Below, piece after piece: positions 1 to 10,483 of a DNA stretch of 64,000 nt (its first letter is position 1; each line of letters begins with the position of its first letter). Position numbers and translations under genes: made by a program. Source of the stretch: an uncultured Nitrososphaerota archaeon (GTDB lineage Archaea > Thermoproteota > Nitrososphaeria > Nitrososphaerales > Nitrosopumilaceae); NCBI GenBank assembly GCA_963701075.1, contig OY969559.1, forward strand, positions 1,088,001 through 1,152,000. Reading direction: 5' to 3'. The notes under the pieces are model-generated. The model was given only the letters and a program-made list of their open reading frames with translations, did not search any database and was not told where the DNA came from.

Positions 1-51
1 AAGGATGGAATGTGCGAAATTCTTTTATATGCGCAGCCTATAGCTAAAACC

Positions 52-432
52 ATGTCGTCCAAGTTACCGGTAGTACTGTTGTTAACAGCAGTTCTGATGG
101 CATCTGTTGCAGTATCAACTATTCCTGCATCAAATGCATTGATCCAGAGAGACTTCTCCTACCTAAATGATCAACAGATAACAGTGAGATACGGAGACAC
201 CAAAGTTTGTGGCGATCACCTATGTGCACCTGGAGAATGGGATAAATTGCAAACATCAATTGCTAATGCTCAGCTTGGCAATCAAACTGGTGGAAAGAAT
301 GCAACGACCACAACCATGGCACCTATGGCGTCTGGTACATCAAGTCTTTGCACTATGGTAAAGGCCGCACTTGCTAATGCAAATGCCAGTCCTACTATAA
401 CACAAACAGTACTTTCACAACTAGGCTGTTAA
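52..432 (+). CDS. Hypothetical secreted protein
   Basis: N-terminal signal-peptide-like segment (MSSKLPVVLLLTAVLMASVAVS), CGDHLC motif and Thr-rich linker; ATG 52 preferred over 10. Confidence 0.6.
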   Translation: MSSKLPVVLLLTAVLMASVAVSTIPASNALIQRDFSYLNDQQITVRYGDTKVCGDHLCAPGEWDKLQTSIANAQLGNQTGGKNATTTTMAPMASGTSSLCTMVKAALANANASPTITQTVLSQLGC

Positions 433-485
433 AAGAATCAGTATTTCAAATCTCTTTTTTTAAAACACATCTCTGTAATTAAAAT

Positions 486-1052
486 TCAAAAGTTTACGTC
501 AAAACCGCCAATGTCGCCCTGTCCACCATTACTGTGACCAAAATCTCCACTGCCATAGTCACCATGACCTATATCATGTCCACCGTCAGCATGATTCATG
601 TCTGTTGAACCTGCGTCATACATGTACTGATCTGGCATAAAACTTGTCATGGCAAGACCCATGAATGACATCATTGATGAGAACATCATCATGTCCATGA
701 TTCCCATGAACATCATGGTGGGCAGGATGGAACGATTATTATCTATGTGTTGTTGCAGCTTTTCTTTATCTCCCTTCTTCCAAAGAGTTACCATATGATC
801 CCAGTTTTGTTGCATTTCGAATCTTCTTTCTTCTAATTCTCTTATTCCTTTATCGGTAAGAACAATCTCCTTCTTTGGACCGAAGAATCCTTTCTTTTCT
901 ACCCTTGTGATCAGTCCCTTGCTTTCAAGGCGCTCCAGAAGACTGTTCACCGCTTTGCCTTCGATATGTGCTTTCTTTTCTATCTTATCTGATTTTCTAG
1001 CGCCTTGACTTATGGCACTTAGAACTATTACATCAGTTGGTTCTTCTTCCAT
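486..1052 (-). CDS. Winged-helix domain protein with Met-rich and Gly/His/Asp-rich C-terminus
   Basis: wHTH-like VNSLLERLESKGLITRVE...IVLTDKG; low-complexity tail. Confidence 0.55.
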   Translation of the reverse strand: MEEEPTDVIVLSAISQGARKSDKIEKKAHIEGKAVNSLLERLESKGLITRVEKKGFFGPKKEIVLTDKGIRELEERRFEMQQNWDHMVTLWKKGDKEKLQQHIDNNRSILPTMMFMGIMDMMMFSSMMSFMGLAMTSFMPDQYMYDAGSTDMNHADGGHDIGHGDYGSGDFGHSNGGQGDIGGFDVNF

Positions 1053-1126
1053 AAAATAAAGCACTGCATTTGTGCCTATAAATTGTTCCACGATAATCTA
1101 TTAAGAGGAACAATCATCACAAAATC

Positions 1127-1537
1127 ATGGAAAGGGATTTGCACTCTGATGAGCAAATAAAGAAAATCTACACATTAAAAAATATAGCCGTTGTAGGCAT
1201 GTCCAAGAATCCTGAAAAGGCGGCACATTATGTGCCAAAATATCTCGTAGAACAAGGATACAACATAATACCAGTTAATCCAACAACTAATGAGATTCTA
1301 GGAAAAAAATGTTATCCGAGTTTACTTGACGTCCCAGTTCAGGTGGATATCGTCGATGTTTTCAGACCGTCTGATCAAGTAAAACCTGTAGTTGAGGAAG
1401 CCATCAAAATAAAACCAAGAGTGATTTGGCTGCAAGAAGGAATCCATGATCCTGAAGCGGAATCACTAGCAAAAAAAGAAGGAATAGACGTTGTCTTCAA
1501 CCGGTGTATGCTTGCAGAACACCAGAGATTATTCTAG
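1127..1537 (+). CDS. CoA-binding protein (YccU family)
   Basis: IAVVGMSKNPEK, IIPVNP, VDIVDVFR, IWLQEG motifs. Confidence 0.9.
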   Translation: MERDLHSDEQIKKIYTLKNIAVVGMSKNPEKAAHYVPKYLVEQGYNIIPVNPTTNEILGKKCYPSLLDVPVQVDIVDVFRPSDQVKPVVEEAIKIKPRVIWLQEGIHDPEAESLAKKEGIDVVFNRCMLAEHQRLF

Positions 1538-1539
1538 AC

Positions 1540-1905
1540 ATGGTAGAAGATTTTGTAGAGTTTTATGATGCTCTTTCAGATCTGGTAAAATCATTTGAAC
1601 AAAAAAATGTGCTAATCAAGGTGGTGCCAGACATCGATTCCAATATTGTCAAGATATATGGTGAGAGATCAGATGCGCTTGCACGCGCAAAAACAGGACT
1701 TGAGGAAGTTGCAGAGCTTGCATATGATACAGCAGAACATCATCCATATTGGAATTTGTTGTATAATGGTTCACAAATCCTAAAAGTAGTTCTGGACAAA
1801 TGGAACAATACATTAACGGAAGAAGAACTTGGAGAAATCAAATGGTATGCAGACAAGATAAAAGACTCGCTTGGAAATGTCTCAAATGATCATCATCATG
1901 AATAA
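1540..1905 (+). CDS. Conserved hypothetical protein
   Basis: ORF with ATG 2 nt after upstream stop. Confidence 0.6.
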   Translation: MVEDFVEFYDALSDLVKSFEQKNVLIKVVPDIDSNIVKIYGERSDALARAKTGLEEVAELAYDTAEHHPYWNLLYNGSQILKVVLDKWNNTLTEEELGEIKWYADKIKDSLGNVSNDHHHE

Positions 1906-1946
1906 TCTACAACAGAGATAAATAGCAAGCATTACGAGATGAGTTT

Positions 1947-3164
1947 ATGCCAATAAAAATTGGCCTTATCGGTAAAACAAATACTGGAAAAACTACATTT
2001 TTTAACGCTGCCACTCTGTCAGGTGGGGAGATCTCAACTTATCCCTTCACAACAAAGAAACCAGAGAGTGGCATAGGAAATGCAATAACTCCATGCGTTC
2101 ATACAGAATTTAATGTACAAGATAGTCCTCAAAACTCAAAATGTGTTGATGGGTGGAGATTCATACCAATCGAGCTCATCGATCTTCCGGGTCTTATAAA
2201 AGGAGCCTGGGCAGGAAAGGGACTGGGTAACAGATTTCTTTCTGTTGCAACTCAATCTGATGCCCTTTTGCATGTAGTGGATGTATCAGGGGGTGTGGAT
2301 GCCGCTGGGAGAATAACAGAGATTGGTCAAGGCGACCCGATTGCTGACGTATCAGATATTGAAGAAGAATTGATAATGTGGTATCAAAAACTTTTGGAAG
2401 GCAATAGAGACAAGATATCAAAACTTGTCAACTCTGAAACCGAGCCGGTTGTAGCAATCACTGACGTCTTCAGGGGTATAGGTGTCAAGGAAAGTCACGT
2501 AAAGGAGGCATTGAGGGTGACTGGTCTTGAAGGCAAGCACTTTGATAATTTTGATATGAATGATAGCAAAAAATTCTCTGCACATTTACGAAAGATCTCA
2601 AAACCCACGCTTATAGTAGCAAATAAAATTGACCTTGCAGGTGCAGACAAAAACTTTGATAGGCTGCGCGAAAAGCATGTAGACACAATAATTATACCTG
2701 CCAGCGCTGACAGCGAACTTTCTCTGAGACGTGCAGAACAGAAAGGCTTGATAAAGTATATTCCAGGCTCGGAACAGTTTGAAATACTTCACAAGGAGGC
2801 ATTAAACAAAAAACAACTCGAAGCTCTTGAGTTTATTACAAAAGGTATACTTGGAGAATATATGAGAACAGGTGTACAGTTTGCAATCAATGTTACCGTC
2901 TTCAAATTGCTGAAGATGAATTCGGTTTATCCTGTTGCAGATCCTGAGAAGCTATCCGACAAAAAAGGGCATATTCTTCCTAATCTTATTCTTATGAAAG
3001 ATGGCTCAACAATAGAAGATTTGGCAAAAGAAATTCACTCAGATCTTACAAAGGGCCTACTCTATGCAAAAGATGTCAGATATGGAGTGAGATTGCCGAC
3101 AAATTACCAATTGCGTGATAGGGATATAGTGTCGTTGGTAAGTGCACAGACAAAGAAATCTTAA
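1947..3164 (+). CDS. ychF: YchF/Obg-family ATPase/GTPase
   Basis: GKTNTGKTT P-loop, YPFTT, DLPGL, NKID, C-terminal TGS-like domain. Confidence 0.9.
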   Translation: MPIKIGLIGKTNTGKTTFFNAATLSGGEISTYPFTTKKPESGIGNAITPCVHTEFNVQDSPQNSKCVDGWRFIPIELIDLPGLIKGAWAGKGLGNRFLSVATQSDALLHVVDVSGGVDAAGRITEIGQGDPIADVSDIEEELIMWYQKLLEGNRDKISKLVNSETEPVVAITDVFRGIGVKESHVKEALRVTGLEGKHFDNFDMNDSKKFSAHLRKISKPTLIVANKIDLAGADKNFDRLREKHVDTIIIPASADSELSLRRAEQKGLIKYIPGSEQFEILHKEALNKKQLEALEFITKGILGEYMRTGVQFAINVTVFKLLKMNSVYPVADPEKLSDKKGHILPNLILMKDGSTIEDLAKEIHSDLTKGLLYAKDVRYGVRLPTNYQLRDRDIVSLVSAQTKKS

Positions 3165-4567
3165 CTGCGCTCGGCACCGATTTTTTCCTGTTTCATCCAT
3201 AATGTTTTTTTCTTGTGATCGATTAGAACAATTCCCAAGCCTGATAGCTCTTTCCTAATGGTATCTGCACCCTGAAAGTTTTTTTGACTTCGTAATAGAT
3301 TGCGTTGATTGATAAGTTCATTTATTTTTGTTTTCTCCTCTGAGAAAACCTGTGATATCTTTAGGCCTAAAATGTCAAGCATTTGATCAAATACAGGTAA
3401 AACTGCATTAGAAAGGGAAGACACCATGTGTTCAGATGAAGCAATCTGATTTACTACCTTTACAAGTTTAAAAAACGCACTAGATGCAAGCGGCGTGTTA
3501 AAGTCTGAGTTTAGAGCTTCAGCAAACTCTTTCTTGGTTTCTTTCACTGTCTCTTCAATGAGTTTTACATCATCTGTGGAAGCCGATCCATCCTCTGACA
3601 AGACCAATTCATAATAACAATTCTCCACTTGGCGCCACTTTGTTATGGCCTCTCTTAACAAGTCTTCAGAATAATCGATGGGCTTAGAATAGTGACCTGA
3701 AAGGCAAAAAAGCCTGATTATGTTTGAACCCCATTTTTTTAGAACAAAATCTACCGACTTTGTATTTCCAAGAGACTTTGACATTTTCTCGCCATTTATT
3801 GTAACCATTCCTACATGCATCCAAATCTTGGCAAAATTCTTGCCTGAATACGATTCTGATTGAGCAATTTCATTTTCATGATGAGGAAAGATAAGGTCTC
3901 TTCCCCCTCCATGAATCTCAAAATTAGGCCCCAAGTATTTTAGACTCATAGCAGAGCATTCTATGTGCCATCCAGGTCTACCAGGTCCCCATGGACTTTC
4001 CCATTTTGGCTCGTCATTTGCAAACTTCCATAATGCAAAATCTAATGGATCATTTTTAGTCTCATCTATCTCTACGCGCGCGCCAGAGACTAACTCGTCA
4101 GTCTTTTTCTTTGAAAGCTTTCCATATTCGTGAAATTTTGATACCGAAAAATAAACCCCATTTGTTGACACGTACGCAAAATTTTTCTCAATTAATACTT
4201 TGATCAAATTAATCATATCTCCTATATGCTCTGTAGCTTTTGGATATCTATCTGCATGTCTTACATTGAGATTGTCAAACTCCTTGAAATAACTTGCAAT
4301 GTATTTTGAACTTATTTTATCCGCAGATACATTTTCTGCTCTTGCTCGATTTATTATCTTGTCATCTACATCAGTGAAGTTTTGAATGAATTCAACTTTG
4401 ATTCCCTGTGATTCTAGAAATCTGCGTAGAGTATCGAAAACTATGATTGTTCTAGCATGTCCTATATGACTATCATCATATACTGTGACACCGCAGAGGT
4501 AGATTCTTACCTTGTCTGATATGTCTAATTCCTTTTCTGCTACTGATAATGTATCAAAAATTTTCAA
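3161..4567 (-). CDS. cysS: Cysteine--tRNA ligase
   Basis: CGVTVYDDSHIGH, GRPGWHIECSAM, FPHHENE, KMSKS. Confidence 0.97.
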   Translation of the reverse strand: MKIFDTLSVAEKELDISDKVRIYLCGVTVYDDSHIGHARTIIVFDTLRRFLESQGIKVEFIQNFTDVDDKIINRARAENVSADKISSKYIASYFKEFDNLNVRHADRYPKATEHIGDMINLIKVLIEKNFAYVSTNGVYFSVSKFHEYGKLSKKKTDELVSGARVEIDETKNDPLDFALWKFANDEPKWESPWGPGRPGWHIECSAMSLKYLGPNFEIHGGGRDLIFPHHENEIAQSESYSGKNFAKIWMHVGMVTINGEKMSKSLGNTKSVDFVLKKWGSNIIRLFCLSGHYSKPIDYSEDLLREAITKWRQVENCYYELVLSEDGSASTDDVKLIEETVKETKKEFAEALNSDFNTPLASSAFFKLVKVVNQIASSEHMVSSLSNAVLPVFDQMLDILGLKISQVFSEEKTKINELINQRNLLRSQKNFQGADTIRKELSGLGIVLIDHKKKTLWMKQEKIGAERS

Positions 4568-4581
4568 ACTTTATCATCTTA

Positions 4582-5370
4582 TCAAAGAACACATGTTTTG
4601 GGTGTTATTCTTTTATGCTCGCTTCTTTTGTGCATCTGGTAAATTTTATCCACATTTGAAATGGGTATTTCTGTGATCTTGGAAGTGTCCTCAATTGAGA
4701 GATTCTTGTCAATCACACAATGAAGAATGGAATCAATCTCTTCGTATGTCAGGCCAATCTCTGCCTCTGCCGTATGCCCTTCCCACAGTCGGGGGCCGCT
4801 TGGTTTTGATATTATGTTTGATGGAATGCCCAAAAATCTTGCAAATTCTCGAATCTGGGTTTTGTATAGTGAAACTATTGGTAAGAGGTCTGCGGCGCCA
4901 TCGCCATATTTTGTAAAATATCCTATCAAAAATTCGCTTCTATCTTCTGATCCGAGAACAAGATAATTTCTAGCATTGGCATAATAATACAAAATGTTTG
5001 ATCTAATCCTGGCACCCAAATTGCCAAATGCCAGTGGGCTTGGTTCAATGTACTTTGAGTACTCTTTGTGAATAAATCCAATATCAATTAACTTGTATTC
5101 AAGATGTGAACTGTCGACAATTTTGATTGCATCTTCTGTATCTGTCTGTGGTGTAATTTTAGAATCTGGCATTATCAACGCAAGTGATTTTTCTCTGACA
5201 AATTTTGCGCAAAGCATGGCAATAACGGCAGAGTCTATTCCTCCACTTAGACCAAATATTACTCCCTGTGATCTACGTTCTCTAATTTCTTCAACAAGAA
5301 ATGAACCAATTTTTTCTTGTATGGCGTTGAAATCTTTTTTTGTGATCTCATCTAGTATTTTTAGATTCAA
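4582..5370 (-). CDS. nadE: NH3-dependent NAD+ synthetase
   Basis: GLSGGIDSA, GYFTKYGDG, SEHKR. Confidence 0.95.
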   Translation of the reverse strand: MNLKILDEITKKDFNAIQEKIGSFLVEEIRERRSQGVIFGLSGGIDSAVIAMLCAKFVREKSLALIMPDSKITPQTDTEDAIKIVDSSHLEYKLIDIGFIHKEYSKYIEPSPLAFGNLGARIRSNILYYYANARNYLVLGSEDRSEFLIGYFTKYGDGAADLLPIVSLYKTQIREFARFLGIPSNIISKPSGPRLWEGHTAEAEIGLTYEEIDSILHCVIDKNLSIEDTSKITEIPISNVDKIYQMHKRSEHKRITPKTCVL

Positions 5371-5432
5371 CGTTTGTTAAAATTATTCTAAAGAATTAAA
5401 CTTTTTCAAGTATTTTTTACATTAAGTGTTTT

Positions 5433-5645
5433 TCATTGCGATTTTTCGGGATTTGCACATTTCTGAACTCGTCCTATTTTGCCATTATCTAATTCTACCT
5501 TAATTCCATGAGGATGAGAGTTACTTGAAGTAAGGATTCTCTTGACCACCCCTCTAGTCAAAACACCTGTGCGTTGGTCTTGTTTTTGTACTATCAGTAC
5601 ACTTGTTCCAATTTTTATTTCATCTCTTGAAGGAGATTTGGTCAT
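5433..5645 (-). CDS. YwbE family protein
   Basis: KQDQRTG..TRGVVKRILT...HPHGIKVEL..G.IGRV. Confidence 0.9.
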   Translation of the reverse strand: MTKSPSRDEIKIGTSVLIVQKQDQRTGVLTRGVVKRILTSSNSHPHGIKVELDNGKIGRVQKCANPEKSQ

Positions 5646-5954
5646 GATGACTTGATGACAATTGTATGTCTTAAACTAAGCTAAACCTGTGAGACATTTT
5701 TTCATGTGTTATAGTTTTTTTATGAGTGTCTGTAACATTAACTGTTGAATGATTTCATTGCAAGATGTAGGTCTTGCAATACTAGAGTCTTTATCCCTGA
5801 TCAGGGGCCTTGTACAGATTTAGAGTATATGGAATACATTAATGCATACAACAAACAATGCAAATGTGGTAAAAACGACTGGGAGATTCTTTCCTAGTGT
5901 ACCATATCGTGTAATAACTGTGTAGAGATTTCTGTGGTAAATTAGTTAAACTTG

Positions 5955-6257
5955 TTATATATCTAGATAAATACCGTCATTTTTTACTTCAACTTTGTAT
6001 GTTTGAAGTTTCACTCCTTTGATATAATCTAAAAGCTCTCCTGTTTTGATGTTGTAGTGCCATAAATGAAGTGGACACTCTACTATATCGCCGTCTATCT
6101 TGCCGGGTGCAAGAGATCCATCCTGATGTACGCAAACTGAATCTAGCGCATGAAAACCGTCTTGATTGAATATCGCAATTTTTTTACCATCTACCGAAAA
6201 CTCTCTACCTTTTCCTAGTGCAATTTCGTTCTTTTCTGCCACTTTTTTCCAGACCAT
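5955..6257 (-). CDS. Rieske [2Fe-2S] ferredoxin
   Basis: CVH...CPLH ligand motifs. Confidence 0.9.
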   Translation of the reverse strand: MVWKKVAEKNEIALGKGREFSVDGKKIAIFNQDGFHALDSVCVHQDGSLAPGKIDGDIVECPLHLWHYNIKTGELLDYIKGVKLQTYKVEVKNDGIYLDI

Positions 6258-6337
6258 ATTTTTTTAAGCAAAACACATCCAATATTTAGATTGTTATTTT
6301 TGATAACATTTTATACCCCTGAAATTTGAGATGCCTT

Positions 6338-7579
6338 ATGAGTCAGGTAAAGGATCCAAGCCTAGCAGAAAAAGGAAAGATGTCATACGAATGGGCACGG
6401 GATCACATGCAAATTCTCACTAATACAATTGGAAGATTAAAGAGATCTCAGCCTCTCAAAGGACTGCGCATAGGAATATGCCTGCATATTACAAAAGAAA
6501 CATCTGTCTTGATCATGGGTGCAAAGGAGTTGGGTGCTGATGTAAGTGCCTGCGCAGCAAACCCTCTTTCAACACAGGATGACATAGCTGCATTTTTAGC
6601 TGAAAATGGAATCCACATTTATGCTTGGACCGGACAAACCTCAGAAGAATATGACTGGTGCATTGAACAGATGCTAAGTCATAACCCGCAGATTCTAACA
6701 GATGATGGTTCTGACAGTCATAGCAAAATACATGGAAATAAAAAATTTGCGTCAATGAAAGTCATGGGAGGAACAGAAGAGACAACAACTGGTGTTATAC
6801 GATTGAAGGCCCTTGCAAAAGAAAAGAAACTCAAGTATCCTGTAATTGCTGTCAATGACGCATATACAAAACACATGTTTGACAATAGATATGGAACAGG
6901 CCAGAGTACAATTGATGGATATCTCAGATCAATGAATTTACTATTTGCAGGAAAACGTATTGTTGTAGCAGGCTATGGATGGGTAGGAAGAGGCGTTGCA
7001 TCCAGATGTCGTGGAATGGGAGCCAAAGTCTGCGTTACTGAAGTCGATCCGGTGAGAGCTTTGGAAGCTCATATGGATGGTTTTGAAGTTGCACCAATGG
7101 CCGAAGCCGCAAAAACGGGAGAGATATTCATTACCGCGACGGGCCAAACTGGAATCATTAGAAAAGAGCATATCTTGACTATGAGAAACGGTGCCATCAT
7201 GGGTAACGTGGGTCACTTTGATGTTGAAGTTGATGCCAAGTTTTTACTAAATGAATCAAAATCAGTACGAGAAGTTCGTCCAAATCTAGATGAATGTTTA
7301 TTAAAAAATGGAAAGCGCGTTTATCTTATTGGAAAAGGAAGAATTGCTAATCTTGTTGCAGCAGAAGGACACCCACCGGAAGTTATGGCACAATCGTTTT
7401 CAAATCAATTGCTGTCCATGATTTACATTGCAAAGAATCACAAAAAGATAGGAAAGAATGTAATCACAGTTCCCCAAGAAATTGACATACAGATTGCAAT
7501 TGATGCACTCAAAGCAATGAATGTGAACATGGACAAACCAACTGCAGCCCAGATAAAATACGGCCAAAGTTGGGCATAG
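6338..7579 (+). CDS. ahcY: Adenosylhomocysteinase
   Basis: CLHITKET, EETTTG, FDNRYGTGQS, GYGWVGRG, GHFDVE. Confidence 0.97.
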   Translation: MSQVKDPSLAEKGKMSYEWARDHMQILTNTIGRLKRSQPLKGLRIGICLHITKETSVLIMGAKELGADVSACAANPLSTQDDIAAFLAENGIHIYAWTGQTSEEYDWCIEQMLSHNPQILTDDGSDSHSKIHGNKKFASMKVMGGTEETTTGVIRLKALAKEKKLKYPVIAVNDAYTKHMFDNRYGTGQSTIDGYLRSMNLLFAGKRIVVAGYGWVGRGVASRCRGMGAKVCVTEVDPVRALEAHMDGFEVAPMAEAAKTGEIFITATGQTGIIRKEHILTMRNGAIMGNVGHFDVEVDAKFLLNESKSVREVRPNLDECLLKNGKRVYLIGKGRIANLVAAEGHPPEVMAQSFSNQLLSMIYIAKNHKKIGKNVITVPQEIDIQIAIDALKAMNVNMDKPTAAQIKYGQSWA

Positions 7580-7609
7580 CTTAAATCACGCACAAACTTT
7601 ATTCAGATA

Positions 7610-9256
7610 ATGAAAAAGGCAATTATAACAAGTGCGTTGCCATATGCCAATGGCGAGATACATCTTGGTCATGTTGCCTCGACTTACTTGCCTGCTGATA
7701 TCACAACAAGATTTCTCAAGCTTACTGGCACAGAGGCATATTACATATGTGCATCAGATGACTATGGCACACCAATTTTAATTCAAGCTGAAAAAGAAAA
7801 AAAGACACCAGAGGAATATGTCAAAGTCTGGAATAAAAGAGATTATGATGATTTTACTGCATTTGGAATAGGATTTGATCTATTCTACAGAACAAGCTCT
7901 CCTGAAAATGTTGCCTTTGTACAAGACGTATTCAAAAAATTAATGGAAAATGGTCACATTTACGAACAAGAGATTATACAATTCTATTGTAAAGTTGACA
8001 AAAAGTTTTTGCCAGATAGGTACGTGATAGGACGATGCCCCTATTGTAAGGCTGAAGAACAATATTCTGACCTATGTGAAAAATGTGGGAGAGTACCACA
8101 AGAGATAGAAGAGCCCAAATGTTCAATTTGCAAGAATCCTCCAACAAAAGAGAAGACCAAGCATTACTTTTTCAAACTGACAAACTTTGTAAACGAATTA
8201 AATGAATGGCTTGCAGGCGACTCTCATCTTCAAAAGGACGTAAAAAAATACGTACAAAATTGGATAAAAGATGGCTTGGTAGATTGGGATATTACAAGAG
8301 ACATCACATGGGGGGTGCCTATTCCGCTTGAAGCAGCCAAGGGTCAAGTCTTCTATGGCTGGTTTGACAATCACCTTGCATACATTTCTTCAGCACTAAA
8401 GTTTCTAAATGACAAGGGGATAGATGGCAAAGAATTTTGGAACTCTGCAGATATTTACCATTTTATTGGTAAAGATATAGTGTATCATCACTATCTGTTT
8501 TTACCTGCAATGAGATTTGGAATAAAAAAAGAGTACAAACTTCCCGACTATATCCCAACTAGGGGGCATCTCATGCTGCAATCAAAAAAGATCTCAAAGA
8601 GCCGTAACTGGTATATTGGCCTAAAAGATTTTCTTCAAATTTATCCATCTGATTATCTACGATTCTATCTGACATTGATTACCCCGTATAGTCAAGATGA
8701 TCTTAATTTTGATTGGGATGAGTTTGCAGTGAGGATAAACTCTGAGCTCATAGGAAACATTGGTAACTTTGTCAATCGGGCGCTTGGCTTTACAAAAAAG
8801 AGTACTGGAGGTATAATACCCCCCACTGATGGTCTTGACTCTGCTGATAACGAAGCACAAGACAAGATCGAAAGCTTGGTAAATGAAATGACACCGCTAA
8901 TGGAAGAAAACAATCTTGATAGGGCACTTAAGAAGATCTTGGAGTTTTCTGCATACTTTAACCAATACTTTCAGAAAAAGGAACCGTGGAAAGGAGGAAC
9001 AGGTACAAACAATTGCATATTCATTTCAGTGCACGCAGTACGTTCTATCGCAATAGCGCTTTATCCATTTTTACCAGAATCATCCCAGAGAATATGGTCT
9101 CAACTCAACTTGGCGGGAAATGTATCAGAGCAACCATGGCATTCTATGTCTGAAATTATGATAACACCAGGTCATAATCTGGGTGAGGCTTCTCCACTTT
9201 TCAAGAAAGTAGAGTCTGCTGATATTCAGGTGCATAAATCAAAACTTGGACAGTAA
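7610..9256 (+). CDS. metG: Methionine--tRNA ligase
   Basis: ALPYANGEIHLGH, zinc knuckles, KISKS. Confidence 0.96.
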   Translation: MKKAIITSALPYANGEIHLGHVASTYLPADITTRFLKLTGTEAYYICASDDYGTPILIQAEKEKKTPEEYVKVWNKRDYDDFTAFGIGFDLFYRTSSPENVAFVQDVFKKLMENGHIYEQEIIQFYCKVDKKFLPDRYVIGRCPYCKAEEQYSDLCEKCGRVPQEIEEPKCSICKNPPTKEKTKHYFFKLTNFVNELNEWLAGDSHLQKDVKKYVQNWIKDGLVDWDITRDITWGVPIPLEAAKGQVFYGWFDNHLAYISSALKFLNDKGIDGKEFWNSADIYHFIGKDIVYHHYLFLPAMRFGIKKEYKLPDYIPTRGHLMLQSKKISKSRNWYIGLKDFLQIYPSDYLRFYLTLITPYSQDDLNFDWDEFAVRINSELIGNIGNFVNRALGFTKKSTGGIIPPTDGLDSADNEAQDKIESLVNEMTPLMEENNLDRALKKILEFSAYFNQYFQKKEPWKGGTGTNNCIFISVHAVRSIAIALYPFLPESSQRIWSQLNLAGNVSEQPWHSMSEIMITPGHNLGEASPLFKKVESADIQVHKSKLGQ

Positions 9257-10483
9257 ATGGCACTAGACTGGGTCTCAAGAGATGGAAAACTAATACTGAG
9301 TGCAAGAGTTGTAAGAGCATTCTCGTACGGTTTTGTGAGCGTAATTTTAGCAATTTACCTCAATTTACTTGGATTCAATGAAGTCTTAATTGGAGTTGTT
9401 CTAACTGCCACGTTAGTAAATAGCATAATCTTCAACCTAATCTCAAGTGTATATGCTGATAAGATAGGGCGCAGGAAGTTTTTGATCCTTTATGCAGTTT
9501 TGATGGTTATTTCGGCAGCCGTCTTTTTCCTAACCGACAACTATGTTGCACTAATTATAGCCGCGCTTATTGGAACAATCAATGTAACAGGATCTGAGGT
9601 AGGTGCATTCTTATCACTTGAGCAAGCCATTTTGCCTAAAACAGTAAATGATGAAAAGAAGCGGACTTCTATTTTTTCTATCTATAACATGGTAGGAACA
9701 TTTGCCATGTCCGGTGGCGTACTCCTTTCAGGATTGCCGCACATTTTTTCACAACAATTTGGACTTGATCAAATTGATGCAATCAAAGTTCTCTTTCTTG
9801 CATATGCCGCATGTGCGTTAGGTGCTCTGGTAATCTATCTTGCATTATCGCACAAGATTGAGATCAAGTCAGTGAATCAAAAAGGCGATTCATCATCTTA
9901 TACCATTACGCCGAAATCTCGTAGCGTTATTAAGAAAATGTCCTCACTATTTGCGGTTGATTCCTTTGCAGGAGGGTTTGTGATACAAAGCATAGTTTCC
10001 TTTTGGTTCTATACAAAATTTGGTGCTGACTTGTCTACTCTGTCTTACATATTTACAATAGCAGGCATACTCACCGCAGTGTCATATTTGCTAGCAAGCA
10101 AGATAGCATCAAAGATTGGTCTTGTTAATACAATGGTCTATACACACATACCATCCAACATTCTTCTAATCTTAGTGGCGTTTGCACCAAGTTTTCCACT
10201 TGCTGTTGGGTTGTACTTTGCAAGAATGAGTATATCGCAGATGGATGTTCCAACACGCCAATCATATTTGATGGCTGTAGTAAACGAGAATGAACGTGTT
10301 GCAGCTGCCGGGATTACTAATACATCAAGAAACATTGCCCAGTCAGTGGGTCCATCTCTTGCTGGTGCAATAATGGGCTCTTTTTTATCCGCTCCTTTCA
10401 TTATTGGCGGCGTACTAAAGTTAGCATATGATGTAGGGCTATTTCTGAATTTTAGAAAAATCAAGCCGCCTGAAGAACTCTAG
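9257..10483 (+). CDS. MFS transporter
   Basis: About 12 TM segments, ADKIGRRK motif A. Confidence 0.9.
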   Translation: MALDWVSRDGKLILSARVVRAFSYGFVSVILAIYLNLLGFNEVLIGVVLTATLVNSIIFNLISSVYADKIGRRKFLILYAVLMVISAAVFFLTDNYVALIIAALIGTINVTGSEVGAFLSLEQAILPKTVNDEKKRTSIFSIYNMVGTFAMSGGVLLSGLPHIFSQQFGLDQIDAIKVLFLAYAACALGALVIYLALSHKIEIKSVNQKGDSSSYTITPKSRSVIKKMSSLFAVDSFAGGFVIQSIVSFWFYTKFGADLSTLSYIFTIAGILTAVSYLLASKIASKIGLVNTMVYTHIPSNILLILVAFAPSFPLAVGLYFARMSISQMDVPTRQSYLMAVVNENERVAAAGITNTSRNIAQSVGPSLAGAIMGSFLSAPFIIGGVLKLAYDVGLFLNFRKIKPPEEL